IMG/VR virus record: IMGVR_UViG_3300027419_000027
Span: 1-64,000 of that record
From: a virus
Taxonomy: Duplodnaviria; Caudoviricetes
Reading direction: 5' to 3' (one strand)
Length of the DNA: 64,000 nucleotides
Shown: piece after piece, positions 45,501-55,205 of the stretch
How the letters are laid out: every line of letters begins with the position of its first letter
How positions within the stretch are numbered: the first letter of the stretch is position 1
Notes under the pieces: model-generated
Database searches by the model: none
What the model saw: the letters and a program-made list of their open reading frames with translations, nothing else
What the model was told of the DNA's origin: nothing
Position numbers and translations under genes: made by a program

Positions 45501-48500
45501 ATCTTGCGGAAGACGGCCGCGAAACAGAACCCCACATTACGGTCAAGTACGGACTTCACACCGAAGACGTTGAAGCGGTTCGTAAACTCGTCCAGAATGA
45601 GCCCCCGATTACAGTCAAGCTCGGGAAGATATCCACGTTCGAGAATGACGATTACGATGTGGTCAAAGTGGATGTTGAAAGCGACGACTTACGCCGGATC
45701 AACAAGAAGATTGCCGACAACCTGGAAGTCACCGACACGCAGCCCTCGTACAAACCACACGTCACTCTGGCGTATGTTAAGAAGGGAGAGGGCAAGAAAT
45801 ATGCTTCCGCCAAGGAACTCGGGCATGAAATCACTCTGGACGCACTGACGTTTTCCAGCAAGACAGGCGAGCGAGTCGACATTCCGCTTCTGGGAACGAC
45901 ACCATCCATCGCGGAGCCCCCACAAGCCCCACAAACGCCCATTCCGGCCGAGACGCCTCAAGACACCACCCCGCCCGCGGAAACGCAGCAGGAAGCGACC
46001 CAGGCGGTTTCCGTGGACTATTCCGGCATGACCGGCAAGGAATTGACAGCAGAGGCCAAGAAACGGGGGCTGAAGGGTTTCGGCGGGAAGAAAGTGGCTG
46101 CGATTCGGACGATGCTGGAAGAGGATGACCGGGCGGCAGTCAAGAAGCAAACCACCAGCGAGCCCGCAGAAGTGACCGGGGAAGTAGCCACAGAAACAAA
46201 ACAGCCGTGGCAGGTGTCCAGCGAAGCGTACTCGTCCGCCACCATGCCGGAAAGGCGAATATCCGACGAACTCGGCAGGACTCTTCAGGAACTCGACGTC
46301 AAGAAGCGTTCATGGAGAAAGCCTGAAGAGTCCAATCAGATATACCCGACGTTGAGTGATCTTGGCATCGACAAGAAGGCGTTTCGTTCGCTCGTCAAGG
46401 AAGGGTACGCGGAAGATCGAGGCTTTGGGCCATCAACGACACCAAAGGCTTGGTTTGAACTGCAAGTTCTTGCTGGCGAGAATCCGATCGTTGGCGTTAG
46501 CATTAAGAGCCATGAGCAGATTGTCGAAGAAGCACTTGCCGCCGGCAAGGAAGTTCCCGCCGAAGTCCTCGCCGAATATCCCGACCTGAAGCCCGTGGCA
46601 GAAACTACCAGCACTCCCGCAGAGCTCCCGAGCGAGCCTGTAGGGCCGTCCGTTGGCGTTCCCGAGGGGCTGGACCCTATATTCTACCGCAGGGGGTTGG
46701 AGGCCCGCTCAGCCGGTATCCGCAACCCGGAAGCGTCTGGAGTGAGACCCGGTACGATCCCTTGGAAATCGTGGATGGCAGGGAACGAGGCAGGCGAGAA
46801 GCCCCCCAAGAGGAAAAGCCGCGTCAAATCGGAGGAGCCCCCGAGCGAGCCAGAGGTTGTGACGGAAAAAACAGGTTTCGACGCTGCCATTCCAGAAGCA
46901 ACCGAGGCGCTGAAGTCTGCAGACATGTCCACCCGCGATGGCGAGCTCGCGGCCATGCGTGAGGTCAAGGCTATTGCCGAGAAACATGGCGTGGGGGCCA
47001 ACGAGCTTTGGCGTGACGTAGCGTGGGATGCGGTTGGCGGAATGGACATCGAGACGGAAACAGGAACCGAGCGGAAGGGCGAGCGAACCAAACCATCAAC
47101 GCCGAGTGGTCCTGGCCCTGGCAAAATGGAAGCCGAATCAGATATTCGTGAAGCCTACGAAAGCGGAAACATTGACGTAAGCGAAGCGAGGCGGATGCTC
47201 GCAGAGCTTCGGGCAAAACCTTCCGAGCCCGAAACGAAGCCCGCGAAGGGGTTCAGGAAGTCAAAGACTCCGAAGGCCGCCCGCGGGGCCGCTTCCTCCC
47301 TGTCCCAAGCCTCCAAAGCAGCGGACAAGGAAGTTTCCGAAGCGCTCGACAAGTTTGGAAAGACTCTCCGCAGCAAGGGAGCAGGATCCAACCTGTTCCT
47401 TGATGCCGAGATTCTCGCTGCTGCCGCGAACCTGACCGTTAAGTTGGTCAAGGCCGGGGTGCTTCGGTTCGCTGTGGCGATGGAACGTATGACCGCCCGT
47501 TTCGGCGAAGCGGCCGAGCAGTACCGGCCTGCCATGGAACGAGCATGGGACGACACCCGGGCCGCCAATCCGGACTGGGGCATGGAAGCTCGCGAACCGG
47601 AAACCGCCGAGCCAGAAGAACCCACCTCGCCGCCTGCCCCGCCCGCGGCCGTCCCTTCGCAACCTCCGCAGCCAGCAGCGAAGAAACCGCCACCGTCTGG
47701 ATTCATCGGAATCAAGAGAGCACGGCTAGAAATGCAGGCCGATGCCGCTGGATTGCCTCGTCCAACAGAAGTCGAATCCGTAAACGCCATTGAGCTTGTG
47801 GCGAATGCAGTAGCCAATTTGACGCCCAAATCTGATCAGGACATTCAAGCACTTGCAGCAGAAGTCATCACTTCCCAAAAATCAATTACGGTTGAACAGA
47901 CAGCCGAATTGTTGGCTAGCGTAGATTACCACAGCCGAAAAGCGGACGAGGCAGACGACTTATACAACAAGCATATGGCTGCCGGTGAACTGGAGAAAGC
48001 AAGAATAGCGGAAGAGGAATCAGCCCTCCACAAAACCACCGTGCGCAATCTGTCACAGGCGGCGAGAGATGTCGGACGGCGGCAGTTCGCATACATGGGG
48101 CATGTTCTGCAAATCCTAGTTGACAAGGATGGACAAGCCCACATTGAACGACTTCTGCGAAAAGCCAATGACGGACGGCTGGACGAAAGCGATATTGCCT
48201 GGGCCGAGAAGATGGCAAAACAACTGGAGAAGGCAAAGAAGGATCAAGCGAAACGCGGCAGGGAGCTTGACGAAGAAGAAGCACTGACTCAAGCAAAACA
48301 GAAGATCGCCGAACTGGAAGCGGAAATCAAACGGGAGCGGATGCGACCACGCACACGTGGTTCCAAAAACAAGATCGTTACCCAAGAGGCAAAGGACGCG
48401 GCGGTACAGCGAATCTTGGCTCGGCTGAAGAACGTGGGAACCACATCTTCTTCAACTCCAGCCGGGATAATAGTAGAAATGCTGGCGGATGCCGCGATTG

Positions 48501-51500
48501 TTGCCGGCTACCATGTCGAGGCTGGAGCACGGAAACTCGCAGACTTCTCCAAGGCAATGATTGCGGATCTTGGTGCTTGGGTCGAGCCGCACTTGGACGA
48601 TCTGTATCGCAAAGCCAGAGCGGAGTATGCCAGCATCCGCCTAGCGGAACTTGGAGAGAAACTTGCAGAAACCGACGATCTGCGTGGACAGCATAGCTAC
48701 GTTGAGAAAATGGCGAAGGAGATCCTGGCGGAAACTCGCAGGGAGGACGGCACATTCATTCATCGGGAAGAATTGCTGGACAGACTGCATGAAAAGATGA
48801 AAGCATTTGATCCAGACATCACTCGGCGCGAGACAATGGATATGTTTTCTGGGTATGGCAAACATCGCGAGTTGTCGCAGGAAGACCTGGAGGTGGCGTA
48901 CCGAGATCGTCGGGGAGAGTCCAGAGAACTTGGTAAGATCGACGACATGCGGCAAAAGATAGCACCCAGTTCCACTGGCACGGAGAGGCACACGCCATCT
49001 GACGAGGAACGGCAACTGCATAGAGATGTGAGAGAGTTGAAGAGACAAGGAGAGGCGGAAGGGTGGTATTACTCAGGGGATAAAGAGAGGAAACTCAAAG
49101 GCACACTTGAATCGCAGAAGACACGCCTACACAATGAGATTCGCGATCTCGACAACCAAATTGCATCCGGCAAGAAGACGGTAAAGGACAAGACAGCGCC
49201 TCTCACCGATGCAGAACTGGAATATTTGCGTGAACAGCGAGATCAAAAGAGGGAACGGCTGGATGCCGTCATACGTGCTTCCGAAGAAGCCGACTTCGCG
49301 AGATGGGAAAGCGAAGGAGGAACTTTTGTCGATCCCGCAGTCGAGGAATACCTGAAGGTGTTGGATCGACAGATTAGATCGCTACAAAAACAGTTGGCGA
49401 CGAAAAGTGTGTTTTCAAAACCTTCGCCGTGGCGACCTGGCGGACAGGCAGTAGATGTCAAGAGGGCACAGATCGAAGCATTGCAGGCCGAAAAGGCTTT
49501 GATGCGGAAAATCTTGGACCCCAATTACGAAACGAATCAAAAACTCTTGAATGCCGAGAAGGCGGCAGAACGAGAACTTGCAAAACTGGAAAAGGAACAG
49601 GCCGAAGGTTTCAAGATGCGAGAGAAACCACAGCCCATAGTCTCTGATAAGCTCAAGGAAACGCGCGCTAAGTTGTCCGCGATACGTCAACAGAGAAGGG
49701 ACTCGCTAGAAGGCGAGTATGCCCTGCGAGCCGCTATTGCCCAAAGCACACGCAATTCCGCGAAGATTTCCGAACGCCTAGCAAGCGGTGACTTTTCGCC
49801 AAGGAAGCGAAAGCCCAAAAGAACATGGGACGATCCAGAATTCAAGAAGGCAAAAGCCAATGAATTGGAGGCACGAAAGCAACTGGCCGAAAAAATAGCC
49901 GAATACGAGTGGGAACACATGACTGGCTGGGGAAGAACCAAGTTCTATGCCGGGCGAGTCAGAGACGTATGGAAGGCGGTCATGACAGGATTCGACCAGA
50001 CGGCACTTGGATTGCAGGGTGGCATCGTCACGTTTACTAATCCGGCGGTATGGTCGAAGGCGTTAGTTCCTACCGCCAAAGCGCTGATGAGTGAAGAAAA
50101 CCGCGAGCTGTTGGATGCAGAGAGAGAGTCGCATCCGAATTACGAGCGATTCAAAAACTATGGACTTGCTGTGCGAGAACACGGTGTCAGTAAAGACATG
50201 GCAGCTACGGAATTCTACGGCTCAGATGCGTTGATAGACCGCATCTTTGGCGTAGCTATGAGCGAGCGTTCATTCTCCACGTTCATCAATGAGCTGAGAT
50301 TCAACTTGATGCAGGTGCTGGAATGGTCGTACACCAAGGATGGGCGACAACTCACGCCAACTCAAGGCGAAGCTCTGGCCAGGATCGTAAATGCATTCAC
50401 TCTCGCGTACAAACCAAAAAGCCACAAATTGCAGATAGCATTAGGTGTTGCGGGTGAGTTTTTTTGGGCTCCATCCATGTACGTTGCACGTCTGCAATTA
50501 GCGGTGGGGGCGCCTGTATTGTTTAATCCTGGGGCCGATTCACGGGTACGCATGATAGCTGCGAAACAGTATCTCAAGGCGGCGGTAGGCATTGCAGTCA
50601 CAACCGCCGTCCTGCGAATGCTGTTGGACGGTGACGATGATGATGAACTGAATATGACAGACCCCGATTACTACAAGGTGAAACATGGAAATATCCGGAT
50701 GGATCTGACATCGGGGCTAGGCCAGATGATGGTACTTGGTGCCAGAATCCTTAACTCTATCGTCGATGCCAGACTTGGCGAACCTCTGTGGGAAACCAAG
50801 GGCCGCCCGACGAGCACTAGAGAACTATTCGGATCTTTTGCCAGTTTCAAGACAGCTCCATGGGTGTCCGCAATCTTCGACTTCACCGAGGAAAAGGATG
50901 TAGTCGGTCGTCCGACATCGTTGGGAAACATATTACTGTCAAACATCACTCCCCTATCAGTTCAAACGCTTGTTGAGTCAGTTGAAGAGGCGGGAATGAT
51001 CGAGGGGTTGGCATGGACGCTTCCTGGCGTTACGGGGCGCAACCTGTCGATATACGACCAAACCGCACCGAAGTCCGAAGAGACATTTCTAGCCACCACG
51101 CTGCGACTAGGCAGACGAATGATCGGCGCAGAGGCTCCTGGGCTTAAACCGGCCGAAATGGACAAGTGGCTTGAATCTAAGATCGAGTGGGACGCTGACC
51201 TGTCTGCGGTCGATAGATTTCTGACTCCTGAACAAGTTAAACAGGCAAAGTCTCGCCTCGAAAACAGGAAACAGGCTGTTGTGTTTAATGGTCTGAATCC
51301 GGAACCCAAGCGAACCCCAAAAGACACGGACGAGACCTACCAGAAGAAACTGGACGCGCACTCGAATGCCCAGAATCGGCTTCGGGAAATGACCCAGACC
51401 CTCGGGCTGAGTCACGCCGAGGCTCAGCGGCTTCTGGTGGAGTCCTACCGCAAACCGAACGCAGAAGGCGTCATGCAGACGGAAGTGAATGCCAGGAACA

Positions 51501-51646
51501 CCAGGGCCTTCGACAAGAGTTATCCGGAAAAGGGGATTGCCCTGGCGAAACTCTACGGGTTATCGGAAGAGGACTTCTGGAAATTCCGAGATAGCGCCGA
51601 ATTCCAGGCGTGGGATACACGGTGGCAGGCGGAACAGGGCTGGTAA
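42497..51646 (+). CDS. giant (3049 aa) internal virion/DNA-ejection polyvalent protein containing a 2H phosphoesterase domain
   Basis: single uninterrupted ORF; HITV and HVTL motifs at aa 1013 and 1088; role inferred from size and position. Confidence 0.85.
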   Translation: MATVDWESELTAEVGPPLQGGQSTAIDWEAELAAELGPPPVLRAEPQPQQQPTPQQPAPEQPVAKVEQASLGSSAMSPREEPQKPPQVFDFEGTTYSAPSDWSPETISRWLNKYAIPDTRRNLTRERAGGRSQYFDSEREQKLRTSTPVGQQGLKEWAEYLSGEDAEGKPIVVKPEDVTPQAMAEVVKAYKQQAEESAKATDINPVKMRELNEDIASLERDLERRWPNETTAESVKRQIVDKMTDKEVLEGAKKRGAKERITADAARQMIVEERVKGRTPQQVAADEAILNSRPGYVARKNQPKEAFWAENLLREYQQKYGDEIPRDKKPAFDNANKAYDAWLKSSPNGAEEGFDDWRRSAKSRSILHPEEQKQLEEQKRDPQNRQRYNNLSEAMVAYHAYNTGDLDVVPYLLKRIPFAGTAVEAADLLSLRNAVKNIEAKKATDSDWFTLAGAIDAAEKSKDRGFGRKVFDLVSQLPAMGVEFTMTGGGFTAARAGARKLAAQVLGKQLLRRAVPRMAVKAAGFAAGVAGRTALNAPLVAAKVSEKWMPEYDLTRDETGQLTAAITGDDPSFLEALGKGFGAAYIEMGSEEAGRLIGIGGKALAQSAVGQALAKIPLAQRTMALKAAVLNRFLAKGGTAAKAREILDKAGWNGMIGEVFEERVADVAGGVTGIEKDYGTTGKLLANDPEGWEQLGVEALSFSAIPIGQTVLSAADAAMAPKDTRGPVATREPVSTPRAQTELEKLRQIVAKGWVTVEEANDAGLSGQNRGSRKAAVQARIQQLEQEISDAEKVPSDQVVPEEAGQVGERVPADSLGDIRGPGQEQVGAQPAGEVAETQVEPETPDIAELKRMDPKEIEQMWLATFPGGEFMPTDVDEQIQQIAKAWGGEKQKTTPSAADLNTFADELEQEKQDAELVADQPGAVAPDVGPPAGPVADGTDSALPIAPAPSVSEPADVAAQPEGREGVGQAGKHEFSSTQVNLPKAIADEIVSASQLIDEADLAEDGRETEPHITVKYGLHTEDVEAVRKLVQNEPPITVKLGKISTFENDDYDVVKVDVESDDLRRINKKIADNLEVTDTQPSYKPHVTLAYVKKGEGKKYASAKELGHEITLDALTFSSKTGERVDIPLLGTTPSIAEPPQAPQTPIPAETPQDTTPPAETQQEATQAVSVDYSGMTGKELTAEAKKRGLKGFGGKKVAAIRTMLEEDDRAAVKKQTTSEPAEVTGEVATETKQPWQVSSEAYSSATMPERRISDELGRTLQELDVKKRSWRKPEESNQIYPTLSDLGIDKKAFRSLVKEGYAEDRGFGPSTTPKAWFELQVLAGENPIVGVSIKSHEQIVEEALAAGKEVPAEVLAEYPDLKPVAETTSTPAELPSEPVGPSVGVPEGLDPIFYRRGLEARSAGIRNPEASGVRPGTIPWKSWMAGNEAGEKPPKRKSRVKSEEPPSEPEVVTEKTGFDAAIPEATEALKSADMSTRDGELAAMREVKAIAEKHGVGANELWRDVAWDAVGGMDIETETGTERKGERTKPSTPSGPGPGKMEAESDIREAYESGNIDVSEARRMLAELRAKPSEPETKPAKGFRKSKTPKAARGAASSLSQASKAADKEVSEALDKFGKTLRSKGAGSNLFLDAEILAAAANLTVKLVKAGVLRFAVAMERMTARFGEAAEQYRPAMERAWDDTRAANPDWGMEAREPETAEPEEPTSPPAPPAAVPSQPPQPAAKKPPPSGFIGIKRARLEMQADAAGLPRPTEVESVNAIELVANAVANLTPKSDQDIQALAAEVITSQKSITVEQTAELLASVDYHSRKADEADDLYNKHMAAGELEKARIAEEESALHKTTVRNLSQAARDVGRRQFAYMGHVLQILVDKDGQAHIERLLRKANDGRLDESDIAWAEKMAKQLEKAKKDQAKRGRELDEEEALTQAKQKIAELEAEIKRERMRPRTRGSKNKIVTQEAKDAAVQRILARLKNVGTTSSSTPAGIIVEMLADAAIVAGYHVEAGARKLADFSKAMIADLGAWVEPHLDDLYRKARAEYASIRLAELGEKLAETDDLRGQHSYVEKMAKEILAETRREDGTFIHREELLDRLHEKMKAFDPDITRRETMDMFSGYGKHRELSQEDLEVAYRDRRGESRELGKIDDMRQKIAPSSTGTERHTPSDEERQLHRDVRELKRQGEAEGWYYSGDKERKLKGTLESQKTRLHNEIRDLDNQIASGKKTVKDKTAPLTDAELEYLREQRDQKRERLDAVIRASEEADFARWESEGGTFVDPAVEEYLKVLDRQIRSLQKQLATKSVFSKPSPWRPGGQAVDVKRAQIEALQAEKALMRKILDPNYETNQKLLNAEKAAERELAKLEKEQAEGFKMREKPQPIVSDKLKETRAKLSAIRQQRRDSLEGEYALRAAIAQSTRNSAKISERLASGDFSPRKRKPKRTWDDPEFKKAKANELEARKQLAEKIAEYEWEHMTGWGRTKFYAGRVRDVWKAVMTGFDQTALGLQGGIVTFTNPAVWSKALVPTAKALMSEENRELLDAERESHPNYERFKNYGLAVREHGVSKDMAATEFYGSDALIDRIFGVAMSERSFSTFINELRFNLMQVLEWSYTKDGRQLTPTQGEALARIVNAFTLAYKPKSHKLQIALGVAGEFFWAPSMYVARLQLAVGAPVLFNPGADSRVRMIAAKQYLKAAVGIAVTTAVLRMLLDGDDDDELNMTDPDYYKVKHGNIRMDLTSGLGQMMVLGARILNSIVDARLGEPLWETKGRPTSTRELFGSFASFKTAPWVSAIFDFTEEKDVVGRPTSLGNILLSNITPLSVQTLVESVEEAGMIEGLAWTLPGVTGRNLSIYDQTAPKSEETFLATTLRLGRRMIGAEAPGLKPAEMDKWLESKIEWDADLSAVDRFLTPEQVKQAKSRLENRKQAVVFNGLNPEPKRTPKDTDETYQKKLDAHSNAQNRLREMTQTLGLSHAEAQRLLVESYRKPNAEGVMQTEVNARNTRAFDKSYPEKGIALAKLYGLSEEDFWKFRDSAEFQAWDTRWQAEQGW
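44865..45017 (+). CDS. nested 50-aa basic protein in an alternate frame of the giant gene
   Basis: AGGAG 7 nt before the ATG; MPRKYLAIKSSLKKQGKSENESQRIASATF resembles small phage proteins. Confidence 0.5.
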   Translation: MPRKYLAIKSSLKKQGKSENESQRIASATFVGQGKSKSERSRRAKSLKHK

Positions 51647-51658
51647 ATTTCTGGTGCC

Positions 51659-51994
51659 TCAGTCCGCATCAATGACGATTCGCAAATCGCGTTTCCTCAC
51701 GGGAAACGTGTCCCTGTTGCTTGATCCATCGATCACGATGAAATACGCGAAGAACGTGCCTGCGGTATCCACATCGCCGCTGGAGAACGTGTACTGTACC
51801 TCGCCGGAATCGGCATCAGTCACAGTCACACCCGAGGTTGTTTCGGCTACCACGTCAGCCCCGTCGCTGTCGACCATCGTGAACTTGACCGTCAACCCCG
51901 TCAGATCCACCACGGTCCCATCCGGCCTGACGAGCGTTGCCGCCAGAGCCACCTCGGTATCGCCTACGTGTCGTAGCTGTTGGCTTGTGCTCAT
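51659..51994 (-). CDS. BppU N-terminal-like Ig-fold protein
   Basis: VDLTG.TV.F.M...G...A.GEVQY.F...DVDTAG.F.A.F...TFP. Confidence 0.75.
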   Translation of the reverse strand: MSTSQQLRHVGDTEVALAATLVRPDGTVVDLTGLTVKFTMVDSDGADVVAETTSGVTVTDADSGEVQYTFSSGDVDTAGTFFAYFIVIDGSSNRDTFPVRKRDLRIVIDAD

Positions 51995-52185
51995 CGTGTC
52001 CCCTCCAGGGTAATGCGTTGCGAATCCGTACCAACGAGCGATAGGCGGGTTGCGTCGGTGCCGGCCAGGGTGATGCGTGCCGTTGACGTGCCGATGAGGT
52101 CGTATCGCTCAACGACTGTGCCAGGAGTTACAGGTGCACTCCACCAGTGAAGCACGACCCCCAGAATATCCCTGAATCCCGCCAC
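51991..52185 (-). CDS. small hypothetical protein
   Basis: coupled to both neighbours. Confidence 0.55.
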   Translation of the reverse strand: MAGFRDILGVVLHWWSAPVTPGTVVERYDLIGTSTARITLAGTDATRLSLVGTDSQRITLEGTR

Positions 52186-55100
52186 TAGCTCACCCCCGTG
52201 ATCGGGTCAGCGGCGCCGTCACTCGTGACCGGCTTGGTGGCATGCGTCGTAATGTTGTCTGTGCGGTAGATCGTCCACACGTCATCAGCCACACTCGAAT
52301 GGAACCCGGCCAGAATCAGGGTTATCAGCGAATCCTCTTCGGCGGCTGCTTGGTCGTTGGTCACGCTTTTGGTGAACAGTTCGGTACGAATCTGTGCGAC
52401 CGTTGGAGCAGCAGTTTTCGCCGCATCGTATGCCGATGTGAGCGTCATAGCCGACCCTACAGCAGCCGGTGAAGCAGGGATCAGGCCGGTCTTGGCGGCC
52501 ACCGTCGATAACTGCGTGTCGAGATTCGCCGCGGCCATCCCAACGGCTGTACGCACGCCAGCGGCATCCAGTGTGCTCGTTCCGGTGCCTCGGCTACTGA
52601 TTGCGACATCCAGGTACCCCGCTCTGGTCGGTGTCCAGTCGCTTGCGGCTGGAGGTATGACCCACGTTGCCGGAAGACAGTCAACGTAGGTGTTGACATC
52701 ACCGATCTGCGTATCCAAATTCGCCTCAGCAAGCCCAACGGCTGCCCGCACAACATCCTGCAATTCACCCTCGCTGTTCGGCCAACGCGATGCGGTATAT
52801 CCAAGCTCGACTGCCGCGGCTGCGAGAATGGCAACAAGCTGTGCTCCAGCCGAGTTGTAATGCGTTCCGCCATCCTCTGTGTATGTTGCATCGAACGTCG
52901 GAATAGACTCCAATTCCGTGCCGGCCTCAACAACCTCATACCACGGGTTCACGAATGCACACCTGGATGCCGTCGCTGCACCTTCCAGCACACCATTGAG
53001 TTGATCGCGAATCGCGGCTGCGTCTGCCGCCGATGCGGTACCAGAACTGTAAGGCGGCAATCCAATAATCAACGATGGAACCGATCGGTCTTGCAGATCA
53101 TCGATAATTTCCGCAAGTCGCGTAGTGATCAACGATACTGCCCCATTGCGATTTGCCTCCAAATCGTTCACGAGCCCGGAAATGTCGTTCAGACCCATTC
53201 CACCGTAGACGAATAACGGAGTAGTCATTTCGCACAAGTCGCCATATCCTGCCGATGCGGACTTATATCGCAGGTATCCTGCCGTGCTGCCGCCGACAGA
53301 TGTGTTGCACAATGCATTGCCAGCAATCCACGCCTGCCACCAGATCCGATCATGGGTAAATGCCGTTGGCAAGTGCGTTCCCAATCTCGACGAAGTTCTA
53401 GAACATTGAGAATCCCCAAGGATCACCAATGGTTGCCAACCAACCTCCAACGCTGAAACAGTCGCAGTTCCAGAAAGTCTGAGCCAATCCCCGCTGGTAA
53501 CGCTGTACTCGGCGGCACGAGCACTGGCGTTTTTACAGGCGTGGGAAATCGTCGCAATATCCGAATCACCTTGCCCGCCTTGCCCGCTGGTTTTGTTCAC
53601 ATAAAACACGTCGGCTTTATTGTCGGCTCGCTGCTCATAGAGCAAGTCGAACGTATCGCCAGCCTCAGCACCAGCAGCGGCCAACGACACATTCGCCGCA
53701 CCGAACGTCACCTGATCCGTCGCACCCATGTCAAGAGCAAGCGTCGTCTGCGTTGCATCATTTCCGGAGCTGGTGACCATCACTGCACACGAAAGAGATT
53801 GCCCGTCAGCTACCACGGAGTCTTGGAGCTTTACGCAATAATCGCCATCGGTTCGCTTGGGAATCAATACGTCTTTCGCTGTGCTGTACGTCGTACTCAG
53901 AAGCTTTCGTGCGGATGTAGTGAACGTAATATACCCACGCGGCAATTCTCCCGAGCTATTGGCTGCACCTGTGTGTGATGCAGGCGGAAAACTTGTCAGC
54001 GTGTACGTGCTATAGCACGTCAGATTTTGCGGCCCCTTTGTGTCATTAAATCGGACGATCCCAGGATGTGCCGCCGTACGCCCTGCCTTGCCCTCGATGC
54101 CCCAACCCATCTGGTAACTCTTACCAGATTCGAGTGTGAACGACACGCTCGCAACGGTTGTCGGTCCAATCTTTGCCCCGCTCGCAGCAAGATGTTCAAT
54201 GTCCGCGGTCATGTCGATGTACGTCGCACCATTTCCAAACGTGATCGGAGTAAGCGTGCCTCCATCGTCCTCGAAAATGGAAAACCGTGCATCGCCAATG
54301 TCGGCGTCTAGCGTGAATCCCGCGAACACGAAAGTCCCAGTTAGGTAGTACACACCAGGATTCAGAGTCAGCGGAATTGTGTGGCACATCCACTTGTTGT
54401 CTGTGCCAGAAAATCCCGTGTCGTACACTCCGCCGGGTGCTGTTGAAACAGCAACTCCGTACTTCCAGGCCGACGCATTGGAGGCGCCACTATAAGCCGG
54501 GTAATGTGCAATCTGTGCATCGCCAGTTCCGGTCGGCAGATTAACTGGATTGGTGAGTGCTCTCACAACGCCAACGGCTCCGCTTGCAGTCGTGATTGCG
54601 CCACCGGTGACGATGTCTGTCGCTACCATCGTGGATAGCCCGGCCTGTATTTTCGTCACAGCATCGGCCTTAACCGCGGCGGCAGTGATGGCATCTGTGC
54701 TGATCGTTTTGACGTTCACATCCACATCATCCGCCACCGCTGCATTCGTTATCGCACCCGCCGCAAACGCCGTGCTGGCAATCGCTCCGGTGGCAATGGT
54801 ATCGTCGGTGATGGCGTCGGTGGCAATCTTCGCGGCTGTGATAGCGTCGTCTTTGATCGCAGTCGCGTCGATGGCGTTGGCGGCAATCGCTCCAACGGAA
54901 GTTGTGCCAGAAACAGCCGTAGCTGTCGTAACAATCGTCACCGTCGCCGTTGTGCAATCGGCTTTGTAGACGGTTACGGTGAATGCCGTGTAATTTGTTT
55001 CGGCTTGCGTTGGCGTGTAGTACCAAATCCCAGACGTTGCACCAACAGCCAGAGTCCCATCGCCAGCACCCTCGTTTCCACCTTCTGCTCGCACAACAAC

Positions 55101-55205
55101 AGAAGCATCGGCAACGACCTTCGCTCCAGTTGCAATAACGTAAATCGCACCAACAGCAATCCGTGGAGGTGATGCGGCATTTCTCGGATACATGCTATAC
55201 TCCAC
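52185..55205 (-). CDS. tail fibre/spike with an SGNH/GDSL hydrolase domain
   Basis: AIT..IA repeats near the N-terminus; ILGDSQ, GMGLND and DGGTHYN SGNH blocks. Confidence 0.75.
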   Translation of the reverse strand: MEYSMYPRNAASPPRIAVGAIYVIATGAKVVADASVVVRAEGGNEGAGDGTLAVGATSGIWYYTPTQAETNYTAFTVTVYKADCTTATVTIVTTATAVSGTTSVGAIAANAIDATAIKDDAITAAKIATDAITDDTIATGAIASTAFAAGAITNAAVADDVDVNVKTISTDAITAAAVKADAVTKIQAGLSTMVATDIVTGGAITTASGAVGVVRALTNPVNLPTGTGDAQIAHYPAYSGASNASAWKYGVAVSTAPGGVYDTGFSGTDNKWMCHTIPLTLNPGVYYLTGTFVFAGFTLDADIGDARFSIFEDDGGTLTPITFGNGATYIDMTADIEHLAASGAKIGPTTVASVSFTLESGKSYQMGWGIEGKAGRTAAHPGIVRFNDTKGPQNLTCYSTYTLTSFPPASHTGAANSSGELPRGYITFTTSARKLLSTTYSTAKDVLIPKRTDGDYCVKLQDSVVADGQSLSCAVMVTSSGNDATQTTLALDMGATDQVTFGAANVSLAAAGAEAGDTFDLLYEQRADNKADVFYVNKTSGQGGQGDSDIATISHACKNASARAAEYSVTSGDWLRLSGTATVSALEVGWQPLVILGDSQCSRTSSRLGTHLPTAFTHDRIWWQAWIAGNALCNTSVGGSTAGYLRYKSASAGYGDLCEMTTPLFVYGGMGLNDISGLVNDLEANRNGAVSLITTRLAEIIDDLQDRSVPSLIIGLPPYSSGTASAADAAAIRDQLNGVLEGAATASRCAFVNPWYEVVEAGTELESIPTFDATYTEDGGTHYNSAGAQLVAILAAAAVELGYTASRWPNSEGELQDVVRAAVGLAEANLDTQIGDVNTYVDCLPATWVIPPAASDWTPTRAGYLDVAISSRGTGTSTLDAAGVRTAVGMAAANLDTQLSTVAAKTGLIPASPAAVGSAMTLTSAYDAAKTAAPTVAQIRTELFTKSVTNDQAAAEEDSLITLILAGFHSSVADDVWTIYRTDNITTHATKPVTSDGAADPITGVS

